Shown here piece by piece: positions 20,046 through 27,547 of a stretch of DNA of 64,000 bases; positions within the stretch are counted from its first letter, which is position 1, and each line of letters opens with the position of its first letter. Both the position numbers and the translations under genes were made by a program. The stretch spans positions 1-64,000 of the forward strand of contig JANRLW010000084.1 of NCBI GenBank assembly GCA_033762295.1. The letters are read 5' to 3'. The DNA comes from Capsulimonadales bacterium (GTDB taxonomy: Bacteria; Armatimonadota; Armatimonadia; Armatimonadales; Armatimonadaceae). Below the pieces are notes generated by a model. It did not search any database. It was not told where the DNA came from and worked only from the letters and a program-made list of their open reading frames with translations.

Positions 20046-20903
20046 TTACGGACGGTAGCGAACGGACCGATCGGAGACGGAGCGGTATCGGCATCGGCTC
20101 CGCCAGGTTATGACACCGACGGTATGCGCGGTGAGCGTGCCGACCGGCAGCCACCAGAGCAGTTGACAGAGAGCGAACAGGAGTCCTTCGGACGCGGGCA
20201 GGGTATAGACCCCGAGGACGAAGCTGGCGCAGGTCAGAGGGAAAAGGACGTTTCGGACCGCGCGCACCGGGTGTACGGGGACATAATGCCCGACGAGCGC
20301 GCCCGCCAGAACAGGTCCGAGCAGCATAATTCCCAGGAGCAGTCCGAGAGCGAGATTGGGTTCGGGAATCGGCAGGGGTTCGGGTATGAACTGTCGTACC
20401 TGCCCGGGACTGAGTCCGGCGAACCAGAGCGACCTCTCCTCCGGGTGATGGATTCGCCAGAGGACGAGCAGCATCCCCCAGAGCGTCGCCTGCCCGAAAC
20501 AGATCAGCCCGATGGCGTTACCCAGTCCGATGTATCGCGCCAGGGGTCCGCAGGGCTGGTGTTCGAACCAGCATTCCACCACTCGCTGCCCCACTTCACG
20601 CGACTCCCCGTACCGTGCGATGGCCAGGCGGGTCGCCTCCGGTTCCGTCAGTCCCTCGATCAGATAGGCGTTTCGCTGGCGACCGATGACGTAGAGCGCG
20701 TCCTCACGGACCCGCTGTCGTTCGCGAAAGGGAACGATCCCGGCGAGCGGCGCGCAGAGATAATCGAGATAGTCCTGAATCATTTCGTCGGCGGTCGCCG
20801 GTTGATCCGGTTCGATCTCCGGGCGAAGGAAATCGTTCCGCGGTTCGGTCGGACGACCGGGCCGAGGGGGCGCGGCCTTTCGGAACGGCGTTTCGGGAAT
20901 CAT
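20046..20903 (-). CDS. PadR-associated membrane protein (HAAS/permease-prefix-like N-terminus)
   Basis: IQDYLDYL...GLTEPEATRLAIARYG motif followed by about 4 TM segments; directly downstream of padR. Confidence 0.7.
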   Translation of the reverse strand: MIPETPFRKAAPPRPGRPTEPRNDFLRPEIEPDQPATADEMIQDYLDYLCAPLAGIVPFRERQRVREDALYVIGRQRNAYLIEGLTEPEATRLAIARYGESREVGQRVVECWFEHQPCGPLARYIGLGNAIGLICFGQATLWGMLLVLWRIHHPEERSLWFAGLSPGQVRQFIPEPLPIPEPNLALGLLLGIMLLGPVLAGALVGHYVPVHPVRAVRNVLFPLTCASFVLGVYTLPASEGLLFALCQLLWWLPVGTLTAHTVGVITWRSRCRYRSVSDRSVRYRP

Positions 20904-20904
20904 C

Positions 20905-21252
20905 TCAGGCGCTCCGTTCCTGCGGTCGCCGCCGCCGGATCACTTTGTCCATGGCTTCGGCAAACGACGTCCAGGAGTTGAGCGCGGCTTCCGCCGCTTC
21001 GGTTCCGCGGTCGGTCAGCTGGTAAACGCGCCGTTCGAGTTCGCCGGGGGGCCGTTCCCAGACGCTCTGCACCAGTCCCTCCTTTTCCAGCGCACGGAGA
21101 TAGGTATACAGGGTTCCGTACGGCAGGCTGAAGGCTCCGTCGCTGCGTCGTCCGACTTCCCGGGCGATATCATATCCATGGCTGGCTCCGTCCCGAAGGA
21201 TAATCAGAATCAGGGTCGTCGGGTTGCTGCGGAGGACGGATCGATCACTCAT
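20905..21252 (-). CDS. PadR family transcriptional regulator
   Basis: HGYDIARE, GTLYTYLRALEKEGLV, RRVYQLTDRG. Confidence 0.93.
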   Translation of the reverse strand: MSDRSVLRSNPTTLILIILRDGASHGYDIAREVGRRSDGAFSLPYGTLYTYLRALEKEGLVQSVWERPPGELERRVYQLTDRGTEAAEAALNSWTSFAEAMDKVIRRRRPQERSA

Positions 21253-21298
21253 AATTCGCGGTCGCCTTTTACTTTTCGGGCATTACGTCATGCCCTGA

Positions 21299-21366
21299 TA
21301 TATCATGTGATGTAATGAAAAGAGTATACGCCGTTCTCCCCGGCTTAATGTTAAGCCCCGGTTAAA
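21299..21366 (-). promoter_or_regulatory. padR operon promoter: -10 TATACT, upstream direct repeat, downstream imperfect palindrome
   Basis: Minus strand reads TTTAAC-N5-CTTAAC (21366-21350), 21 nt, TATACT (21328-21323); TATATCA-tg-TGATGTA near 21299-21315 is a possible PadR operator. Confidence 0.55.
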
Positions 21367-21466
21367 TCTTGTCCACAGGCGCGCCAATAGAATCACCGGT
21401 CTGCCGGACAGAACCAATAATTTTTCCGGGGTGGGAAGCATTCGTTCCTAAGGTCAAGACCGGTTG

Positions 21467-22369
21467 CTAGAGCCGTGAAAGTTTTCGGTGCTCATTTAAA
21501 GCCTCAGCATCGGGTCGAAGCCCCTTCTTCTCAGGAACCGAGATTTTTCGCCCTGCCATGATCCCGTATTCAGTGTCTTTGAGCGAGGGACAAAGTAAAA
21601 CTGACATAGAGTTCACATCGACTGCCAAACGTCCCAAATCGAATAATGTATGAATATCAGCTCGCAATAAAAGGCCATTGGTAGGATCGTTAGTCTTTGG
21701 TCCACGATAGGGGATAATATGGGCGGCTTCTAGCGCTTCAGGCACTTCGGTTCCTGAAAAGCTACAGCGCCCCCTGTAGGCGGATAATAGCGTATATCGA
21801 AAACCATGTTGTCCTTGACGTTGAACAACTTCAATTTTCCGTCGCCGTCGGGCATCCTGTATATTGAGTAAATCAATCGTTTCTGGCTTGGACTCAACTA
21901 CATATCGATTAAGTTCTCGTGCTTCCTTAAACATGAACGAGTGCGTTTGAATCGAAACGCTACCTTGATCAGGTTCAAAAAGTTCCCATACCACAGAGAC
22001 CGGTTTTGTGTCAAAAACCGTGCGAGCGATGCCACATCCGACGAATACGAAAGGCGACCGCTGATCCGAGCGCACGAAAATATAAACCTGTCTTTGGCCG
22101 TCAACGAGCAACTTAATGGTAGGCTGGTTTACCGTCGTACCATTCTTTCCAAACCAGAGTAGATCCGTGCCAAGCCACTGATTATCGTAATCATGACCGG
22201 TTCGGCCCGGAGTTCCAATATTACAAAATATAAACCAATCGTTTCCAAAGCGATTATAGCCGGTATCCCAATTACCCCCTTTTGTGTCTTCAGGAATACC
22301 TATAACCGAATAGATGTCCTTCCTTTTATAAAGCTTCCCCACCGTGAACGGAAAAAACATCTGTCCCAT
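21467..22369 (-). CDS. DUF3427/SRA-like domain fused to HNH endonuclease (candidate type IV restriction enzyme)
   Basis: N-terminal GGNWDTGY...GHDYDN.W...W.G...YIFVR....FVFVG; C-terminal RQGQ..FR...LEAAHI.PY....NGLLLRADIH.LFD; visibly AT-richer than its flanks. Confidence 0.8.
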   Translation of the reverse strand: MGQMFFPFTVGKLYKRKDIYSVIGIPEDTKGGNWDTGYNRFGNDWFIFCNIGTPGRTGHDYDNQWLGTDLLWFGKNGTTVNQPTIKLLVDGQRQVYIFVRSDQRSPFVFVGCGIARTVFDTKPVSVVWELFEPDQGSVSIQTHSFMFKEARELNRYVVESKPETIDLLNIQDARRRRKIEVVQRQGQHGFRYTLLSAYRGRCSFSGTEVPEALEAAHIIPYRGPKTNDPTNGLLLRADIHTLFDLGRLAVDVNSMSVLLCPSLKDTEYGIMAGRKISVPEKKGLRPDAEALNEHRKLSRL

Positions 22370-22478
22370 TTCAAGTTATTTTGGCGGATTTTCGGAAGAT
22401 TCCCTCCCTTAAGATCCGGGTGTTCATCGTAGCAAAAAGCCTTCAGAGGTACCATATTGGTGGAAAGGTAATTTCATC

Positions 22479-23192
22479 ATGCTTTTCGGAACCAGGGACA
22501 CAAAACTGCAGGAGGGGCCGCCTCCCGGCCCGGAGGCGGCTCCGGCCGATGCCATTATCTCCCCCGACACACGACGCGACAACCGGATTCCGCTCAATCA
22601 ATCGCGCACGAAGAAGTGGCCGGTCCTAGATACCGGCGTCCATCCCTCGTCCGAGGAACTGGCTCCGAACGTCTGGCAGTTTACCCTGTCGGGTCTGGTC
22701 GAGTCACCGCTGGAGTGGACCTGGGAGGAGTTTCAAAACCTCCCCCGGACCCGTGTCTTCGCCGATATGCACTGTGTCACACGCTGGTCGCGCCTCGGCA
22801 ACACCTGGGAGGGAGTCAGCACCCGCGAGGTGATGAAACATGTCCGCCTGAAGCCCGAAGCCCGGTTCGTCCTGGTGCACGCCTATGATAAGGCGTTCGG
22901 CTTCTTAGGCGGGTCCGCCCACTGGACGACCAACCTGCCGCTGGAGTACTTCCTGCATGAGGACTGCCTCTTCGCCGACACGCACGACGGGGAGCCGATC
23001 CCGCTGGAGCATGGCGGTCCGTTGCGACTGGTCATTCCCAAACTCTATGCCTGGAAATCCGCCAAGTGGGTGAAAGGCGTCGAGTTCCGCGCCACCGACA
23101 CGCCCGGTTACTGGGAACGCGGCGGCTATCATATGCTCGGCGACCCCTGGAAGGAACAACGCTATCGCTTCTCCGATGGCGGTGACGAGTAG
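22479..23192 (+). CDS. Sulfite oxidase-like molybdopterin-dependent oxidoreductase (cytoplasmic)
   Basis: DMHCVTRWS Mo-ligand Cys, EHGGPLRLVIP, YAWKSAKWV, GYWERGGYH..GDPW. Confidence 0.9.
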   Translation: MLFGTRDTKLQEGPPPGPEAAPADAIISPDTRRDNRIPLNQSRTKKWPVLDTGVHPSSEELAPNVWQFTLSGLVESPLEWTWEEFQNLPRTRVFADMHCVTRWSRLGNTWEGVSTREVMKHVRLKPEARFVLVHAYDKAFGFLGGSAHWTTNLPLEYFLHEDCLFADTHDGEPIPLEHGGPLRLVIPKLYAWKSAKWVKGVEFRATDTPGYWERGGYHMLGDPWKEQRYRFSDGGDE

Positions 23193-23209
23193 GAGAACGG
23201 GTTCGGCGG

Positions 23210-24532
23210 TCAGTCCGTCGGTGCGGGCCAGCCGAGCGATCGGTAGAAGGCCGCCCGCGCCTGACGGACACGGCGATTGTCGGGAGCCAGCCGCGCCGCC
23301 TGATCGTAGGCGATGACCGCGATCCGGTAGTCCTTCGTCTTTTCCGCGAACTCCGCCTCCGCCAGATGCGCCGCCGGGGACAGCGGACTGTTCGCACGGA
23401 TACGCGCCAGATCGCCCCGCTTCTCCTGCTCCGGGTTCAGGCGATCGTACTGCGCCTGCGCCTGCGCCGCGTACTCCTTTTTTCCCAGCTGGCCGTACGC
23501 CCTGGACAACCGGTACCATCCCGTCACGTTCTCCGGGTCCGCCGTCAGGAGCTGGACGTACGATACGACCGTTTTCGGCCAGTCCCCATCCCGTTCCAGC
23601 AGTCGACCGCTCGTCATAAAGTCCTCGGGCGTCGGCTTTCCGCTTTGGAACACTTCCACGAGCAGACGCCCCGCCGTCTCGACCTCGGAGGCGTCAGCCG
23701 GATTCTCCGCGATCGAGGCGGCGAGCCGTCGCCTGGCCTCGATGTTCCCCGGATCGGCCGCCAGAACCTCGCCGAGTTTGGTCCGGTAAGCGGCGGTCTC
23801 CTTCGCGTCCTGATGGAGGATCGCCTGCTTTAACAGAATGTCCGGCGATTTCGGCCGCAGGCGCAGGGCGCGGTCCAGCAACGCCCTCGCCCCGGCGGCA
23901 TCCTTCAGAATGCGGAAACGCTCGGCGAGCAGCAGCATTCCCGGTACGTTTTTCGGATCGTCGGCGAGCGCCGCCGCGCCCTTCGCGAGATAGGACCGGG
24001 CCGCCGCCAGATCGCCGCCCAGCCGTCGTTCCTCCGCCAGTCCCATACAGGCAAACGGCGATCCGGGGTCGCGACTCTGCAACTCCTCATACAGTTTCCG
24101 GGCTTCGCGCAGTTTCAACTGCCGCAACAGGACGTCGCCGAGCCGGTATCTCAGGGACCGGTCCGTCGGCTTTGCGTCCGCCATCGTTCGCAGAATCGCT
24201 TCCTCCTTCGCCATATCGCCGATCGCTCCGGCCAGGCGTAACGCTTCCGGAGGCGGCGGACCGGGCGAGGCATAGAGCGCTTTCCGCATTTGCGCCATCT
24301 CTTCGCGGGTCGGATGCGGTTCGGGCACGTCGGGCGGAGGAGGCACCTCCTCGACAGCGTTATCGGCGGGTACGGCAGGTAAAGCGGGTACGGACGGCGA
24401 CGCGGAAACGGCGGCCGATGGGGAGGCGACACTCGGAGACGAGGTCGGTTCCGGGTTCTCGCACCCGGTCACTGTGAGCCAGACCCATCCGACCAGCCAG
24501 GAGACGGCGAAATAACGACGGCGTTTTTCCAT
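23210..24532 (-). CDS. TPR-repeat lipoprotein
   Basis: Signal peptide with lipobox LTVTGC, Pro-rich linker, multiple TPR-like helical repeats. Confidence 0.8.
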   Translation of the reverse strand: MEKRRRYFAVSWLVGWVWLTVTGCENPEPTSSPSVASPSAAVSASPSVPALPAVPADNAVEEVPPPPDVPEPHPTREEMAQMRKALYASPGPPPPEALRLAGAIGDMAKEEAILRTMADAKPTDRSLRYRLGDVLLRQLKLREARKLYEELQSRDPGSPFACMGLAEERRLGGDLAAARSYLAKGAAALADDPKNVPGMLLLAERFRILKDAAGARALLDRALRLRPKSPDILLKQAILHQDAKETAAYRTKLGEVLAADPGNIEARRRLAASIAENPADASEVETAGRLLVEVFQSGKPTPEDFMTSGRLLERDGDWPKTVVSYVQLLTADPENVTGWYRLSRAYGQLGKKEYAAQAQAQYDRLNPEQEKRGDLARIRANSPLSPAAHLAEAEFAEKTKDYRIAVIAYDQAARLAPDNRRVRQARAAFYRSLGWPAPTD

Positions 24533-24548
24533 TCGGCTTCATCTTACC

Positions 24549-25907
24549 ATGCAGTTGAAAAAGCGTTCTGACGCGGCTTTTAACGTTTCCTCCCGCCCGA
24601 CGATAGAGAGGACAATCATGCATTGGGATGCCGCCCGTCGCTTGCATCAGGAGGCCGACGGCCTGATACGCGCGATGTATACGGGCAAGGTCGGATGGTC
24701 GGCGCGCGAACGGGCGATCGATCTCAAACGACGCGCGGTCTTCGCCACCCTCCGTGCGGACGACGAGGCGACCGCCGCTCTGCACCGTCTGATCTACGGC
24801 CTCCCTCTCGCGGACCGCTTCCTCTCGCTCGAACCCGTTCTTTCCACGCTCGGCCCGCAGTCCGGCAACACCGGTTTCGATCTCCTGCTGCACCTCGCCC
24901 GGTTCCATCGGGAGTGGCTACGGGAACCGGAGGAGTGGCGGGCCGATACCGACGACCGGGGCGAACTCACCTCCGCCCTGCTGCGCCATCTCTTCTCGAT
25001 CTATCCTCTGCCTCGCTTCCTGGACGCCGGCTGGATGAGCGGATTTACCGAGGACGCGGAGGCGCAGCGAGGCTGGTTCGCACATCTGGGTCTGGGCGGG
25101 AAACTGGAAGCGTTGCGCTTCCCCCTGCCGATGACGCACCGGGCGGCGCACCATTTTTTGCAGTCGCCGGAATCGTTCTCGATTGTCGCCGCCCTGCGCC
25201 GGGGACAGATCGTCGCTCTGGGCGGTTCGGAGGCGCTGGCTCGAACCGTGGCCGAGTCCTTTCTCGCGGAGCGGCAGTCCGACGAGGAGTTCTGGCTGTC
25301 CGTCGTCACGTTTCTGGTGCGGCATCCGGAACTGCCACCGTCACAGATCGGCCCCGTTCTGGACTTTATCCGGTTCCGCCGGTTCGGTTCGGGCAAGAAC
25401 GATGCCCCGGAACCCCGGTTCTCGATGAAGGGCCGCACCGTCGATGCGCTGCTCCGGCGCATGGAGGAGTGGCATGAAACCCTGGCGCGTCTCGGACAAA
25501 AGGTGCGTCAGACGTGGGAACCGACCGGGATTCCGCCGCTGGACCGGATCGAACGGGACCGTCTCTCCTCGGCCACGTGCCACTGGCGGATCGTCGAACT
25601 GACCGACACGCTCTCTCTGGCCGAGGAGGGACGGGAGATGCGGCACTGCGTCCGCTCGTATTCGGAGGGCTGCCTGAAGGGCGATAAATCGGTCTGGTCC
25701 CTGCGGCTGACACTGTCGGACAATCCTGCCCTGCGCCGCCTGCTGACGATCGAGGTCAACAATCACCGACGCAGCATCGTTCAGGTGCGCGGCAAATGCA
25801 ATCGGACGCTGTCGGCGATGCGGGGTAACCACCGGATGATGCTCGCCCGGGACGTTCTGAAACAGTGGGCGTATTCCAACCGTCTGGGGATCGGCTGCGG
25901 CCTTTGA
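24549..25907 (+). CDS. PcfJ domain-containing protein (start may be 24618)
   Basis: FSMKGRT..ALLR..EEWH; L.EEGREMRHCVRSY...C...S.WSLR; LTIEV....IVQVRGKCN. Confidence 0.85.
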   Translation: MQLKKRSDAAFNVSSRPTIERTIMHWDAARRLHQEADGLIRAMYTGKVGWSARERAIDLKRRAVFATLRADDEATAALHRLIYGLPLADRFLSLEPVLSTLGPQSGNTGFDLLLHLARFHREWLREPEEWRADTDDRGELTSALLRHLFSIYPLPRFLDAGWMSGFTEDAEAQRGWFAHLGLGGKLEALRFPLPMTHRAAHHFLQSPESFSIVAALRRGQIVALGGSEALARTVAESFLAERQSDEEFWLSVVTFLVRHPELPPSQIGPVLDFIRFRRFGSGKNDAPEPRFSMKGRTVDALLRRMEEWHETLARLGQKVRQTWEPTGIPPLDRIERDRLSSATCHWRIVELTDTLSLAEEGREMRHCVRSYSEGCLKGDKSVWSLRLTLSDNPALRRLLTIEVNNHRRSIVQVRGKCNRTLSAMRGNHRMMLARDVLKQWAYSNRLGIGCGL

Positions 25908-25995
25908 CGCGGATCAAAATCGGTCGAACGGCGGATTCCTTCGGTGGGACAATTTGAAAGGATAAGGGTAACAACGGCTAAGAAAGAGGTGTGCT

Positions 25996-26358
25996 ATGTT
26001 GCCCGATCCGCTTTCCCTTCCGGTAAAGATGGTTCTGTTCGCCTGGGCCGGCTTCTGGTCGTTCTTTGTGGTCGCGTCGGAAATCGGCCAGCCGGATGAT
26101 CCGCTCACCAAGATCCTGATCTGCCTGGGCGGCCTGACGTTCTTCCTCGGCACGGTCCTTCTGGCTCTGTGGCAGCCGAAAAAGGGCGGGGTGGTTTTGC
26201 TCTCCGAGGGAGTTGCCTTGCTCGTCGCCAACCTCATGGTGTTCCATACCTCGCTGGAGACCAAGTGCCTGCTGATTCTGACGCTGGCTCTTCCGCCGCT
26301 TCTGATCGGTCGTTACCTGATAACGCCGACCTCGCAAAACGGCCCGCGTTATTGTTGA
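25996..26358 (+). CDS. Small 4-TM membrane protein
   Basis: GAGGTG SD; four hydrophobic segments; WQPKKGG and LALPPLLIG motifs. Confidence 0.7.
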   Translation: MLPDPLSLPVKMVLFAWAGFWSFFVVASEIGQPDDPLTKILICLGGLTFFLGTVLLALWQPKKGGVVLLSEGVALLVANLMVFHTSLETKCLLILTLALPPLLIGRYLITPTSQNGPRYC

Positions 26359-26485
26359 CGGCAGGTTGAGCCTTCGGTTCGCCGGTCGTCCTTCCGGAAT
26401 CCGGCGATCGAAATAATCCGGCGAACCGACGGGCTTTCGTAAAAATCGGTCTTCCGGTTTTTGCCGGTCGGGCAGTGGAACGGTT

Positions 26486-26758
26486 ATGGCGAGCGACTAC
26501 CTTATTGTAAAACTCGAACCCTTCTTTGGACGCGATACCTTTCTCTCATGCGGAACCCACGACGGGCAGGACGCCGTCGTTGAACAACCAATCCATATCG
26601 TCGTCCACGCACGGACGGGCAACGTTCTTGATGCAGGCTACCGGTCGCGGGAGGAAGCGACATCGGCATGGAGTCCTCCCTCGCTTATGGTCGAAAAATT
26701 TCCGAGTTATGATACGCCAGAAAATCCGGGTCAGGAGGAAACCGTTCCGGTCGGTTGA
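26486..26758 (+). CDS. Hypothetical protein (90 aa)
   Basis: Globular-looking N-terminal 60 aa; 3' end overlaps the convergent HNH gene by 74 nt. Confidence 0.4.
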   Translation: MASDYLIVKLEPFFGRDTFLSCGTHDGQDAVVEQPIHIVVHARTGNVLDAGYRSREEATSAWSPPSLMVEKFPSYDTPENPGQEETVPVG

Positions 26759-27449
26759 TCTGCCGTCCTTCGAATCGGAGGAAGGTTTCCTGCACGAACG
26801 GAGAATCCGAGGCTCGCTTAATTTCCCCTCCCAATCGTACGGTTAACGTCGGTAATATCGTCATCAGTCCGCGATCAAACGCACGGTCCAGTGTGGCGTT
26901 CAAGCACAGTCCGTTTCGAGGATTCAGACGTTCCTGAGGTTTCTTGCTCCAGGGCAGAATATGGCTCGCATTCAGCAATTCCGGGATTGCCAGATCGCTG
27001 ATACAGCATCGAAAGCGGTAGTCTCGCAGAACGCTGTTGCGGAAAAGATTCTGCCCGATACGCACCCGAACGGTGGCCTGTCGCTCCTGACCGGCATAAT
27101 CGGTAATGGGTTCTTCGTCCTCAATTGAGGAATGACTCGCTCCGTTCCACCGAATCAGAATCCGCTCACTTTCCCCGGCAAGAGTTCCCCAATCGTCGGC
27201 ATACCTGTCCCAGACCTCACGATCCGCTTTGCCGACGTTAGCCATCCCTTTCACTCCCCGTTCCCGTAATTCCGGATCGAAGGAGGCGAAATTCACAAGT
27301 TTGAAGGCGACCGACGATGGGGTTCGACGGAGAGTGGCGGCCAGGGCGATAATTTCAGGGTTGGTTTTATACATTCGTCCGAACGGCAAGGCCCGATAGA
27401 GTGCCAGCGTGACGATCAGTTCCTCCTGTGTCCAAAGGCGTCCGGCCAT
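26685..27449 (-). CDS. HNH endonuclease, putative restriction endonuclease (COG3440-like)
   Basis: WT.EEL...LY..LPFG, RTPSSVA.KL.NF; RIGQNLFR, CCIS.L....LL.ASHI.PW, NPRNGLCL...DRAFDRG; AAAGGAGG SD. Confidence 0.88.
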   Translation of the reverse strand: MAGRLWTQEELIVTLALYRALPFGRMYKTNPEIIALAATLRRTPSSVAFKLVNFASFDPELRERGVKGMANVGKADREVWDRYADDWGTLAGESERILIRWNGASHSSIEDEEPITDYAGQERQATVRVRIGQNLFRNSVLRDYRFRCCISDLAIPELLNASHILPWSKKPQERLNPRNGLCLNATLDRAFDRGLMTILPTLTVRLGGEIKRASDSPFVQETFLRFEGRQINRPERFPPDPDFLAYHNSEIFRP

Positions 27450-27547
27450 CAGTACGCCTCCTTTCGACCGATTGTACCCCGTCAATGGGGCAGGATTTCG
27501 GAGCGGGGCGGACGAACCCTTCGTCAGAACGGTGGAGGGAGAGAGTC

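Noticed and set aside
26368..26435. Large stem-loop (tcggttcgccgg...ccggcgaaccga)
   Set aside because: Single copy after a stop codon; most simply a terminator or stability hairpin, with no evidence of a REP/MITE family in the window.
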